Position numbers and translations under genes: made by a program. The notes under the pieces were generated by a model. The model was not told the DNA's origin and searched no databases. It saw only the letters and a list, made by a program, of their open reading frames with translations. 37,721 nucleotides of DNA from Octopus bimaculoides (lineage: Eukaryota): the NCBI RefSeq assembly GCF_001194135.2, contig NC_068982.1, positions 92,333,410 to 92,371,130 on the forward strand, given 5' to 3'. Shown one piece after another: positions 21,772-33,838 of this stretch; positions within the stretch are counted from its first letter, which is position 1, and the number at the start of each line of letters is the position of its first letter.

Positions 21772-23414
21772 AATTTTCAATCCTGTTTAGACTTGTTGCA
21801 CCTATACTCCCGCACCGATCGAAAGTTGCAGAGAGATGCCTGCATTCAAGTACGTGCGTGTATGCCCTGCATGCATTGCCTCATGTACAATGGTTCCAGT
21901 TTTAGCTAAAACCAGAAAACCTAGGGATTTTAACGTTAAAAATCTGAAAATTGGCTACCCCTTTGCAGACCCCAGTTTGGGAACCAAGGTTGTAGACTGA
22001 GATACAAGGGTCCCAGATGGACAGACAGAATTTTACGTTTATTATTATAGATATATATTAATAACTGTTTGAGTCTACTCCGTATGAGGTAAAATGCGGG
22101 TGTGTAGGATAAACCCATCTTATTGGGAGAAGAGTAATGGATTTTAAGATAAATTCAAGATGGCTTCTAGATTTTCGGCCTCTGTTGGTCAGCTCATTTT
22201 ATTTGGTACCTGACATGATAGGGTGAGGTGTTGTCACAGATTAATAGCTCAGTTACTGTTCAATGAAGTGTTAACACATTAACAGCAGCAGTCTCTATCT
22301 GGGAATAATCAGATTTGATGGTGTTAGGTAATAACTGAGGCTGGATGATCAAGATGAGTGGGGCTGTAGTCTGTATGGGTGATGGATATTAAATACCCAA
22401 CCTGCCTTAGTGTGTTGGGCATCCAGTCTTCAGGTGGTATAGCTTAGCTGTCAGTAGCTTGAAATTCGTTAACTGGGTGTACTTCTGGTGGCAACAATAA
22501 AATGGTTTGCTCTTATTGTTAATGGTTTGCACAGTTTGGTAGAGTATGTTTAGTCTTTTGACCGAGTTAGCCATTGCGAGTTCCATGGAAGTAAGTGGGG
22601 TGGGAGGCCTATTAATGACACTCCATTTGGTGTAGGGGAAATTGGTCCAATGGTTGCAGAGTCTCCAGGTGAAGCACAACGGAGATGAAATTTTCATTGT
22701 CCTTGCACATGAAGGAATGCATATGTTGTGTTTACATTCTTTTAAAATCATTGACTGTCATGCACCGTTCCATTGATCTCAGTGATCAACTGGTAATTAC
22801 TGTAAAAACCCATGTAATTTGTGCACCTGTGTAATTTACGCAGGTGATTTTCAGGATAAAAATTGTTAAAAAAAGCTTCTACTCTTGTAAAATTCGCACC
22901 CAAAAGTTTTCAGAATTGCTGATATGGGCTGGGGAAAAAGGTTTTCACTTTAGTTGTATTTAGCATAATTTCACTTACTTATGATTAGATTTTATTAAAC
23001 TTTCATTAAATAAAAATAATTTCTGTTTAACAGGTATCACATTGAAAGCTATTAAATTACAAAGTGTTTGTATTGTTTGTAATAAACTTTATTTTACATT
23101 TCTTGCCCACAAGAAATTATGTCCAATCTTTAGCATACTTCTGTATGTCTTCTCAAATCATGATTACGGGAAAAGGATCTCAAACCATGATCAACAAAAA
23201 CAAAGCTGATAAATATGCACAAGTGTTGCAAAATAAGTTTAATTACTAATAAACATCAGCTTGGATGACACTTTACTCAACCGACAGAGGAAGGTGATCG
23301 ATCAAACTGATTATGTAAACAATTGTGATTGGTCGAAAGTGTCTTCTTGACTCAAGCTCTGATTTTCTGCCTATTCCTGTCAGAACCTTTGATACAGTGT
23401 ATCGAAATTTTAAT

Positions 23415-23530
23415 CCCTTTCACACTTATAAAATGTCAAGCAAACTTTAAAATTTGTCATTACCGTTTTAGTTGGGTGACCAAACTGATAGTTTGGTAAC
23501 CCACTAAAATAAACATTAAAAATTGAAAGG
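23415..23530. mobile_element. Small palindromic MITE relic, possibly piggyBac-like (CCCTTTC...GAAAGG)
   Basis: Inner ~20-bp hairpin at 23466-23509 with a 3-nt loop. Outer arms are decayed. Confidence 0.45.
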
Positions 23531-24219
23531 AGAAAATAAACAGCTTTGCAAGTTTAACTCCGTCTTTATTGAACAAGAGAGATGTGAAATTTGAGAAACG
23601 ACTTGTTAGAATATACACATCTGTGAGGAGATAAGAATAGCAAAAATATACTATACCAAAAGAACTGGTATTACATACATTGCAAGTGTTCTATGAAGAG
23701 AACGTAAGATTGCTGCATAATTCAATATGAATGTGAAATGACATAAAACATTGTATAAGGTAAATGAAGGTTTCTGTAGGAACACTAAATAATACTCACT
23801 TAGTGAGTTTACATGTGCAAGGATGAATTATGATCTTGTCGTCAACGTTAGATGCAGTAAGAGCTGGTAGTGGCAATGTCGGCAGCAATGAATTTCATTA
23901 TCCTAACGCGGAGAAAGCAAGCAATAGCTTCCTGGAGGCAAACGCAAGCTAGACTTCTTTAGCAGAGAAAAATTGATCTATTTAAGGAAATTGCTGGGCT
24001 CTATCGTGATAGGTAGAAAGTCCAAGTAATGTAAAATATAGCTCAGACCGTGATTACCAGCATGAATGTCAAACTTCAAAATGTAGTTAACCATTTAATG
24101 ATTTTAGTAAATTTATACAGAAAAAGTAAGCATTATACCATCTTGCATAAATAAAAGTTAACTTTATGATATTTTTTCTATGAAAAACTGTTCTGATTTT
24201 AAATGAGTCAACTTAGCCC

Positions 24220-24990
24220 TGATCCTGAAGCCGGTAACTACTAGTCTATGTTGTGGGGTGCATTCTTTGCCTGGGAAGGTATTGCGAATTATAAGCAGCC
24301 ATCTTTCCCTTTTTCTGGTGAGGATGTAGTCAATTTGGCTAGCGTGTCTAGGTTACTGGCAGGTTTCCTGAAGTTAGTATTGCAAACCATAAAATCATTT
24401 GCATCGCAGAACTCCAGCAGCCTGGTTCCCTCCTCACTGCAGGAACCAAAACCATAGCCTTCATGTATGCCATGGAAGCCTCCTGCATATTGTTCAATAT
24501 GGCCATTGAAGTTACCAGCCACAAAGAGAAGGTCCCTGTCATTTGTCAACAAGGTAGTCTGCAAGAGGGTGTCATAAAATCGGTTTTTACTGTCTATCAG
24601 GTTGCCCCAGCTGAGGGGCATAGGATGAGATAATGGTTGCTAACCCATGATGAAGCACTAATCTAATCTTAAGTATTCTGTTGCATACTCTGACTACCTC
24701 AATTACCTTATCAACACATTTCTCCGCAAGAAGTATACCCATGCCCCAACCCCATCAGTGTTCCCTGCCCAGAAAATCTTGTACCTGTGTTCTTTGCCTG
24801 TGAGGAACCTAGCGGAACCTCCTCTCCACCTTACTTCTTGGAGGCAGCACAAATCGACACATCTCCATTCAAGCATTTCAACAATCTCACCAGACCTACC
24901 TTTCAGTGTGCCAACTCTGAGGGTGTGGGCCTGTAAGTCCCTGGGATGGGGGACAGCAGCATCATGTACCTGAAAAGAAAGCTCGCATTT
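24220..24990 (-). mobile_element. RTE LINE 5' fragment (apurinic endonuclease domain only), frameshifted
   Basis: VGTLKGRSGEIVEML..CCLQEVRWRG, AGNFNGHI, EGTRLLEFC..NTNF, DYILTR, QHRLVV. Confidence 0.9.
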
Positions 24991-25122
24991 GGCAGAATTC
25001 ATAAACAAACAATAGCCTTCAATTCAACCTGCATACACTACACCATCATTTTTATGCACTATATAATCACTACCTTACATAGGTAAACCTATGTATGTAG
25101 GGGTGGGGATGGCATAAAGCCT

Positions 25123-26363
25123 TTAGAAGTGTTCATGGGAGACAACCAAAGGATGACAGAGGATAGGAACTTCTGGTACAGGTGGAGGGGTACCAACAGT
25201 ACCAGATGGGACTCTATCTATGACTCTGTTGTTGTCCTCAACAACCTGCTGGAGAAGAATAGGGGAGCTGTCCACAGGGTGATGACACAGCTGAAGCTGC
25301 AGACCTTCACTGATTCTAATGTCGGTTTCCTGATGTCTAATGTTGCCAAGGCCTTGGATAAAATCTACAAGGTGGACCAGGATTATCTCAGGAGCTTTCT
25401 GCCATCTGTAGTGGCTACTGTCATGAAGTTGAAGGAGGCCAAGTTCAAACATCTCCTGTACTGCAGTCCTGTAGTGGATGCAATACTGGCAGGCATCACA
25501 AAAAGGTTTGGGTTCCTCCTAGAAGACCTGGAGTACCAGCTGGCCGCTGCCTTCCACCCCAAATTTTGCCTCTTCAGGTTGGAGTAGTATAACAGCCAGG
25601 TTAGCAGAGTAACGAATGCCATGGGAGCCGTCATAGAGACAGCCCTAATGGAGACCAATGAAGAAGGTAGCGACACCACCAGCAATAAGAATGATGGGAG
25701 AGCAGGAGTCACAGGTCACTTAAACCCAAGGTACAGAGCTTGGTGAAGACCTGGCTGGAGGCCGTCTTGAAGAAGGTCCTGACTGAAGTCACCTTTTTGG
25801 GTAAGCAGGTCTTGATCGACCTGTTCACCAAGTTGTTAGCACTCCGTCACTTATGACATCAAGAGTTCCAGTTGATCCGATCAGTGGAACAGCCTGCTCG
25901 TGAAATTAACATGCAAGTGGCCGAGCACTCCACAGATACGTGTACCCTTAATGTAGTTCCCGGGGATATTCAGCGTGACACAGTGTGACAAAGCTGACCC
26001 TTTGAATTACAGGCACAACAGAAACAGGAAGTAAGAGTGAGAGAAAGTTGTGGTGAAAGAGTGCACCTTGATCATTATCTGATTTTGGCATACTATACCT
26101 TTTTGGAAAGCTCTATGTCTAAACTACAACATAAAAATTTCAGTCCTCTAGGTCTGTTTTAGCGGTTCTAGTGTCAAAAAAACCAAACCGAAACTAAATT
26201 CATGTGATAAAAGTTAGCGGTTATCATTTAGCGTTAGCTTCTGCTTTTTTTTTTTTTTTTTTTTTTTTTTTTGACCTCTTTAGCGATTTGGCGTTTGCGA
26301 AGCTAACTTTTAATAGTTAGCGGTTAGCGAAGCTAACATTTTGGTTAGCTGAACCCACCACTG
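25123..26363 (+). mobile_element. hAT DNA transposon 3' portion (decayed transposase and right end)
   Basis: TRWDS and KRF..LAAAFHPKF motifs. Subterminal TTAGCGGTTA/GCTAAC repeats. Terminus ...CCCACCACTG (reverse complement CAGTGGTGGG). Confidence 0.8.
25832..26067 (-). mobile_element. SINE 3' part inserted into the hAT transposase C-terminus
   Basis: Recognised octopus-type repeat (GGAACAGCCTGCTCGTGAAATTAAC...GAGAAAGTTGTGGTGAAAGAG) with a CAACAA tail on the minus strand. It replaces the expected dimerization-domain coding sequence. Confidence 0.6.
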
Positions 26364-26469
26364 TATGTATATATATTGTCAGTAAATCATAAATCCGAAA
26401 GAGAAGCATATTCTAAATTATAGAGCAGTAGAGTAATTTGATAAAGATAGCTATGGTCGGTATATGGGG

Positions 26470-26790
26470 TTATCCTGGTTCGGTAAAAAGAGATTGATAG
26501 AATAGGCTTTTAAAAAATAAGTACTGGGGTTAGACGGCCTGTTTCCGTCTACTAAATTCACTCACAAGATATTGGTTGGCCTAGGCCTATAGTAGGAGAT
26601 ATTTGAGCAAGGTACTGCGCGCTGGAAATGAACCCCAAACCACATAGATGCGAAACGAGCTTCTTAACTACACAGCTATACACGCACACAAACTCCCTTT
26701 CTTTATTCTTGTTTCAGTCACTGTATCGCTGCTGTGCTGGGTCACTGTCTGGATGGGTTTAGCTGAACAAATCGATACACTCGCGCACAC
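26470..26790. mobile_element. Diverged SINE fragments in both orientations
   Basis: GATAGAATA..AAGTACTGGGGT on plus. Reverse SINE head at 26550-26675 and reverse tail at ~26705-26785. Confidence 0.55.
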
Positions 26791-28969
26791 ATACACACAC
26801 ATATCACATCTTTTCCCCTTGGCGGACGCATCAGTGTGAGAAAAAAATGATCTTCCTTGAACGAAAGTTTTTGAGATAGTTCACCTATTTAATTGAATTC
26901 TTATTTAAACATGTTACTTGACTTTACGTATCGTGTTACAGATTTCAAAAAGGAAGTTGTTCTAGAAATGTATTTTAAGCTTTGTCAATTAAATTGTAAA
27001 TCATTATCATAATTAACTTTCATTCCAATAGGGAACAAAAATATATTCGTTGATTAGAAATATATATTTTCAAAATCCCTAATGTTCTATCTTTTCAATA
27101 TGAAGTAAATTTTCCCATTCTATTCAATTATAAACAACTACCAACGTGCGGTGTTTCAATTCTCTGCTCCTACCTTTTCACTCTTTGTACATTGGTCACG
27201 CGAATGAACAGTAGTCAGTTTCATTTATCATACCTTATAATTATTCTGAGACTTAACGCTTATGTTAGTCGTCTTAACTTATGAACATCCCAACAGATTG
27301 TCTATTCTAATTTCATGTATCAGACTCTAATAAGAAATTATCAAAAAAATTAATTATACCAAGCTATCTTTTTTTCCTGTTTAAACGTTGTATTTCTATT
27401 GTGCAATAATTCAAAATGTTATTTTAAAGAAAATTTTGGGAAAAGGAAACATAATTCTAACCATTATTTCAAATCCTTGTTTATTTATGTTTATACTTTG
27501 AGGAATATTTTATAAACATATTAAGGAGAAAAAGTTATTTTATTATAAAGTAGAAAATATTTTATTAAGAAAATTTATGAAAAATACGGTTTGTAAAATG
27601 TGCAAATAGTTTGGATCTTGTTAAACCCATTCATACAACATTATTTACGTCTCCCACATGCATCCATATAGACGAATGTACTTCTATTTCGAAGTAATTT
27701 GGGAATAAAGAAAAAAAAATGATTTAAATCAGACAGGATTTCACAAAAGGAAATAGACTGATTATAAAGTTTTACTTCAATAAACAGTTCTTTTATAATT
27801 AATTATTGTTCTGCTGTTTTTACATCCTTCAATAATTATGCAAGTAGGTCAACCCCAGTGAACCACCAGCGACAACAAAAAAAAGTTGGGTTAGGCAGCT
27901 GCCTGCTTGCTTCTCGATCACGCGAACTTTGTGAGTAGAAGTAAACCACACACACATATTCACATCCGATTTTTTTATGGCTCGGCTGTTGAAAGCTAGC
28001 TAGGTAGCTCCCTTAACGGTGACCCACAATTCAGCTCTAACAGCTGCAACAGGAAGGGATCAACCGAGGAAGGAATGAGTTAGTAAGTGGCTCAATCTAA
28101 ACTGATTTGATGGTTGCCTGCTTGCTTTATCACTCTGTAACTACATGCCTGCTATTGTTGCTGCAGAGAAGACAATACGTGACCCCTGTTTCGATTCCTA
28201 GTCAGAAATTTTTCCACGTTTGTGATTAATGTCAGAGAAAGTGTTAGATACCACCATTTCCTTCACTGTCTTATAGTATTGAACCCATATAAGAAAATCT
28301 TACCCTTATTATTTTTATTATTTCTAACAATCATATATTTCTATAATAGTCAACATCTACTAAATCTGTTTTAAAAAATATATGATGATTCAGGAATGGG
28401 AAATTCAAATATAAGAAGTTTGAAATTTCAAACGTCTTTATGTACATATATTTTAGGAAAGAAGTAATTTGAAACTGATATTCGAATAAAAAAATCAAAC
28501 TTTTTAAAAATTGTGTTTGTTTATATTTATTCAATTCAGAATTCCCCCACTATATTAAAAACCTAAGTTTTACTAATCTGAAATATCCTCTCCTAACTAA
28601 ATGGAAGTTTCAAGGTCGCAGAGTTCATCAATAGTTTAACTACCATCGCTCGCCCGACTGACTGGCGATGTGTGAAAGAAGTTTGTGTAAGCTGCATATT
28701 ACATGTCTTTGTGTTGACTATTATTTTCTCAAGACATCCAGTAGTGTCTGTTGGGCGGTTAACACAAACACACACACGTATATGTGTGTGCTGTGAATGC
28801 TCTGAACACTTACTCTGTTTCCCTGACAGTCTTCAAAGTCTTGTTCATTCTCCTTCCTTCTTCCTTTCTCCCCATAAAAATAACCTAACTTTCTCCTCTC
28901 CTCTTCCTAATATTTTCTCCATACGTCTTTGTGTTTGTTATATCTGTCTTGTTTGAGCAGTGTGCTTTG

Positions 28970-29135
28970 CACTGTTGTGTTTTTAGCCCCTAGTCAACCC
29001 CTGATCTAACAAACCTATGTTCAGAGACGTTGTAGCCGTAACTATCCTCCTTTTCTTTTTTTTTTAGACAGGAATCTAGAATTAAAGATGTTCGGGTGAA
29101 CTTTGGCTACTATTTCTAGCAGACAGAGCGACTTC
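28970..29135 (+). mobile_element. Dispersed repeat (TTTAGCCCC..GGCTACTATTTCTAGCAG family)
   Basis: Related pieces at ~33690-33730, ~33950-34000 and ~34185-34255. Confidence 0.5.
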
Positions 29136-29268
29136 TTTACTTTCCATTGTTTACTTGCGGTCTTGTACTGTGTATGTTGGTTTGTATATGTATGTGGTTT
29201 GTGTGTTTGTATAATTGAAATAAGCTACGCACACGCGCACACACACACAAAATGCAATGAATACAGAA

Positions 29269-29301
<33 letters not shown>

Positions 29302-29477
29302 NNNNNNNNNNNNNNNNNNNNNNNNNNNNNNNNNNNNNNNNNNNNNNNNNNNNNNNNNNNNNNNNNNNNNNNNNNNNNNNNNNNNNNNNNNNNNNNNNNN
29401 NNNNNNNNNNNNNNNNNNNNNNNNNNNNNNNTATATATGTATATATATGTATATATATACATACATATATATGTATG

Positions 29478-29520
<43 letters not shown>

Positions 29521-29574
29521 CTATATATATATGTATGTATGTCTATATATATATAGGTCTATATATATATGTAT

Positions 29575-29885
29575 GTACATTTTAAAAATAACGTCAACCA
29601 CTAACGTGGACAATTAATGCGCTAGAAATAGATCACATTTTGTGTCTATTAAGACCTAAAAAGTTCTCAACATGAAATATAGCAGCATACCAAAAACGTG
29701 AGCGGGCAAGACATTTAAAATCACCTAAATTTTTTTAGGTGATTTTAAATGTCTTGCCCGCTCACGTTTTTGGTATGCTGCTATATTTCATGTTGAGAAC
29801 TTTTTAGGTCTTAATAGACACAAAATGTGATCTATTTCTAGCGCATTAGTTGTCCACGTTAGTGGACGTTATTTTTAAAATGTAC
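29575..29885. repeat. 311-bp near-perfect palindrome (arms 155/152 bp, 4-nt loop)
   Basis: Arms differ only by one 3-bp indel and one substitution, both near the outer end. Confidence 0.97.
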
Positions 29886-30040
29886 CTTAATCCCCTGAGA
29901 TTGCAGATAATATTTCTGAATCTCTTTGATTCTTTAAATGTGCTGGCCCCCTGATAATTAATCGATATTAATTAATATATTAATATATGACTAATTACCA
30001 GATCTTATAATAATATTTACCCATTATATATGTATGTATG

Positions 30041-30075
<35 letters not shown>

Positions 30076-30076
30076 T

Positions 30077-30633
30077 CAGCGTGGGGCAGAATGGGTAAAA
30101 TTTACTGCATTTTCGACTTAAAGGAAAAATTATTTTTGTACAAATGTTCAACCTTACAAAAGCAATATCGGCTAAGCAAATTACCTTCTTTAAAAGCATT
30201 AAAAACACTACAACAAAATCTGAACGCTACTTCAGAGAATTGATCTTCGTTCTCTTTGTGTATATAAAAAACATTTAGCTGGGGGGAAATGAGCAAGACC
30301 AGATAAGCTAAATCTGCCTCTTCACTTCTTTAGAATCACATTTTCGAAAAGACTCATGCACATCAATATCCATCTTTAGACATCAGAAAGATCAGATATA
30401 AAAACAAAAATCTAAAATATCTAGGTCAAATGAAAGAAGCTCAGGGAAAAATGGCACATGATATGAAATTAACGAAACTTGGCTAAGTAAAAAAAAAAGC
30501 TCAACATAAAATGTTCTCTATAGCTTCTTAACGATCTTTTGGAGTGCCACTCTCCCCCGATATATTCATGCCCCTTACTGTGAAAGAGAAAGAATGATTA
30601 AAATTAGCCATTACTCATTTTGCCCCCACTCTA
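30077..30633. mobile_element. ~555-bp non-autonomous TIR element
   Basis: GTGGGGCAGAATGGGTAA (30081-30098) vs reverse complement of TTACTCATTTTGCCCCCAC (30611-30629). Confidence 0.6.
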
Positions 30634-30657
30634 CCTACACACATGTATATACATACA

Positions 30658-30721
<64 letters not shown>

Positions 30722-31304
30722 GTATATATATACATATGTATATATATATAATATATATTTGTATATATATATATATATATACATACATACATACAATCAT
30801 ACATGTATTTAAAAAAATTCACGTCATTTTTATTTATATTTTTCAGCAATATAATTTTATTTTTAAAAAGTTATAAATTCATGGCTGATGCTAATGAAAT
30901 ATTGCCCATTACAGCAAAAATAAGTGTTAGGCAAATTCAATGGAAAGCAATTGTTAGAAAGAATAAAACAAATACTAAATCAAAAATGTAGTTTAATAAC
31001 TACGATTAATAATAACTCCATATAACACAGAAAATACAAGTAGATCATTGGAGTTAAGCTTAAGGACAATTAAGTCTTGAGTTAGAATTGTTTATTCTAT
31101 TCTTCTTTACAGTTTACTTTTTATTTTTCTACCGATTTATTTGACCATCTTGTCAGGAGCCCGAGACAACTACAAACAATGAACTAACATAAGCAAAAGA
31201 TAGATTCGTCGTCCTTATAAATTCTCTGTTCGCTCACACACATTTCTTTGCCAGACATAGTTTCTGTATTAGGCACAATGCTAGCAATTTTGAGATAGCA
31301 GGTG

Positions 31305-31453
31305 TCGATATCATCGAACCCGGTACTTAACTGGAACTTTATTATATCGATCTCTGAGGGAGGAAAGGCAAAGTTGATATCGGTAGGATTTCAACTCGAA
31401 GCTTAAATGGGTGAAGCATTTTTTCCGATGCTCTAACGATTCTGCCATCTCTG
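31305..31453 (-). mobile_element. SINE, second family (Nin-domain-like)
   Basis: Reverse complement reads GGCAGAATCGTTAGAGCATCGG...CAACTTTGCCTTTC...GATCGAT..TAAAGTTCCAG. Related copies at ~5225-5300 and ~34010-34190. Confidence 0.65.
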
Positions 31454-31648
31454 TGACAGATATTTTTCTTGGTATATAAAGAAACATTGAATACATACAC
31501 ATTTCTCTCAGTTACTTTTATACACACACATACTTTTCTATCCAAAAGGTTTTTTAACCCAATAATCACACATTATTCATAGCTTTATCTACTTCGAGAT
31601 GCACTGTTCCAAAAATACTATATATATATATATATATATTTCTATATA

Positions 31649-31774
31649 TATTAATATTTAGCAGAAATAACAGAGTGACTCAAGGTCTGAGAGTTTCGTG
31701 CGTTGGCACTTTCCAACGCACGAAACTCTCGGTCGGACGATGAGTTACTCTTTTACTAATGCTAAATATTAATA
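31649..31774. mobile_element. 126-bp foldback element
   Basis: Outer 15-bp perfect IR TATTAATATTTAGCA. Inner 18-bp perfect IR at 31689-31706 / 31713-31730. Confidence 0.8.
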
Positions 31775-31968
31775 AAAATATACATATACTCATATTTCGA
31801 GTTCTATTTTTCCTGTTTGCCTCACCATACCTATATATATATATATATAAACTTAGATATGTTTCGACCAAAGATTGGTCCAGGCCATATCTAACTTAGT
31901 AGCACCACCTGATAGGATTATCTAAATCCTTTTTACAGTCAAGTTTTGTTTATCGTCCATTCAGGTAG

Positions 31969-32348
31969 TGAGTTCTTATTGAGTGAGTTGTATCCAGGTG
32001 TGGGTGTCTTGTCTGGTATTTCTTGAAGAAATCTGTCTAGACTCCGTTTAAAGCTGATAGGATCCTTTTTCTCTTTTATCTGTTTCGGGACAATGTTAAA
32101 CAGGGCAGGGCAGGGCATGTTGAGGAAAAGAAATTATGCCGCAGTGTACCTATATGTTGTGGTCCTGAATTGAGCAGGGGACGTATGGCCCGTGGTCCCA
32201 GCCTTGGATGAACCTTGAAACTAATGTACAGGTCGTTTGGGCAATGCTGGTGGTATATTTTCCACATCGTACAGATGATGTACCGCTCGCGGCGGCGCTG
32301 GAGAGAGTAGAGCTTCAAGGTTTTAAGGCGGTCCCAGTAATCAAGATC
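31969..32348 (-). mobile_element. CR1/L2-type LINE 3' end (same group as 12931-13996)
   Basis: LDYWDRLKTLKLYSLQRRRERY..WK, HPRLG. Confidence 0.88.
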
Positions 32349-32460
32349 TTTCTATATCAAATATCAAGATCAAATATATATATTAATAATAATAATAATA
32401 TGACAACAAACGAATGAATGGGACCTCGATATTATGTAAGTAGAGGAATTTATCTATAAA

Positions 32461-32563
32461 TATAATATGTGACAATTAGTTGGTTGTCATAATAAAACTC
32501 GGATGACTTCAGCCCCGGCATTCGAAACTGTGAGTGAGGACCAACTAATTGTCACATATTATA
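32461..32563. mobile_element. 103-bp element with 23-24-bp perfect inverted repeats
   Basis: TATAATATGTGACAATTAGTTGG / CCAACTAATTGTCACATATTATA. Confidence 0.75.
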
Positions 32564-32646
32564 TATATANNNNNNNNNNNNNNNNNNNNNNNNNNNNNNN
32601 NNNNNNNNNNNNNNNNNNNNNNNNNNNNNNNNNNNNNNNNNNNNNN

Positions 32647-32684
<38 letters not shown>

Positions 32685-33838
32685 GATGACACTAGGTGGA
32701 CATCCAATGCTCTCTCTCTATCAGATATACAAACGTCCTTTATTCATACATACTCATTGAAATAACGTAACATTAAATATATTACAAATCTCTTTAACAC
32801 TAACATGCATACAAAGACTCCGGCAAGCGCTTTGTAAATAAAGGGAAAGAACCGATGTAACCAATCTGGTTGGTAACTTCCCTTGTCTCAGCTTCCTTAT
32901 CAAAGCTAACATGAAAAAGAGTATCGTTCGATTCTAAATTTAGCTTTGATCAACTTAGCCCTTCAATCCTCTGAGATCAATAACGCAAGTTCTGTAAATA
33001 AACTGGACTCGATGCTATTATACCTATAAAACTGAACATGTGCCAAATATACCTCGTTGTTTAGAATGCGTTATAGAAAATATTGCAATTTGATTTCAAC
33101 TTGCCTGATTTTCACAGGAGCGTGGATTGGCGCCTGGACGCGCGGGAAACATGTGTTTCAATTATGATAATCCTGTCTCTTAAAAGCGTTCCAAACACGA
33201 GCATCCCTTTTCTTAAAAATATCCCCAAACTTGGCCATAGTGTGCTTATATTTAAATACAAGTGTTCCGACTGTGACCATCTCGTCTTTTTTTAAGCCTA
33301 ATCTATTTTCCTCCATATCATCCCTACCATCTTTATTAAACATAATTTAGCGTATCGGTTGTGTTGTTCGAAAAATGAAAAAATAGAATGGCCCAAAGTC
33401 TACTGGATTAGAGCTGACATGGTACTAAATTATAGTAACAGCTTCGTGAATGCGTATGTGTACGTACAGCTGTCACTCAACATGCTAGAATATATAAATT
33501 TGCTTGTTTAATTAATCCCTAGAAATATTGAAAAATAAGCATTATCTAATTCAGAGGCAACAAATACAATTACCTGAATAAAAAAAAATTTAATGCGATG
33601 GTCATGAAAAAAATTGATGTGCTCATTATTCATTATAAGTTTGCTGGAACAACAATAAACAAATAATAATAGATCCAGCGCAGCTAACGAGGAACATACT
33701 ACGCGGCCACTCGATCGGCTTGAAATAGAGGAAATATGGAATTTAATAGATCATTACGTAGTCTGTCGATTAGGGCGATCTTACGTTACCAGTTCTAAAC
33801 CTGTCACTTAAACCACGTGTGTTTATTTACATCACATC

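Noticed and set aside
22080-22760. Minus-strand 114-aa ORF, possibly a decayed LINE ORF1
   Set aside because: Only vague similarity; no intact CCHC knuckle or other motif.
21935-22850. hAT-like end (CCCCAGTTTGGGAACC, ~21970) and pogo-like end (TACTGTAAAAACCCATG, ~22798)
   Set aside because: Single decayed ends with no partner TIR or TSD, too weak to call.
33158-33343. Protein-like 61-aa minus-strand ORF
   Set aside because: It overlaps a dispersed repeat (TTTGGAA.GCTTT..TAAGAGACAGGAT, also at ~35140-35180).
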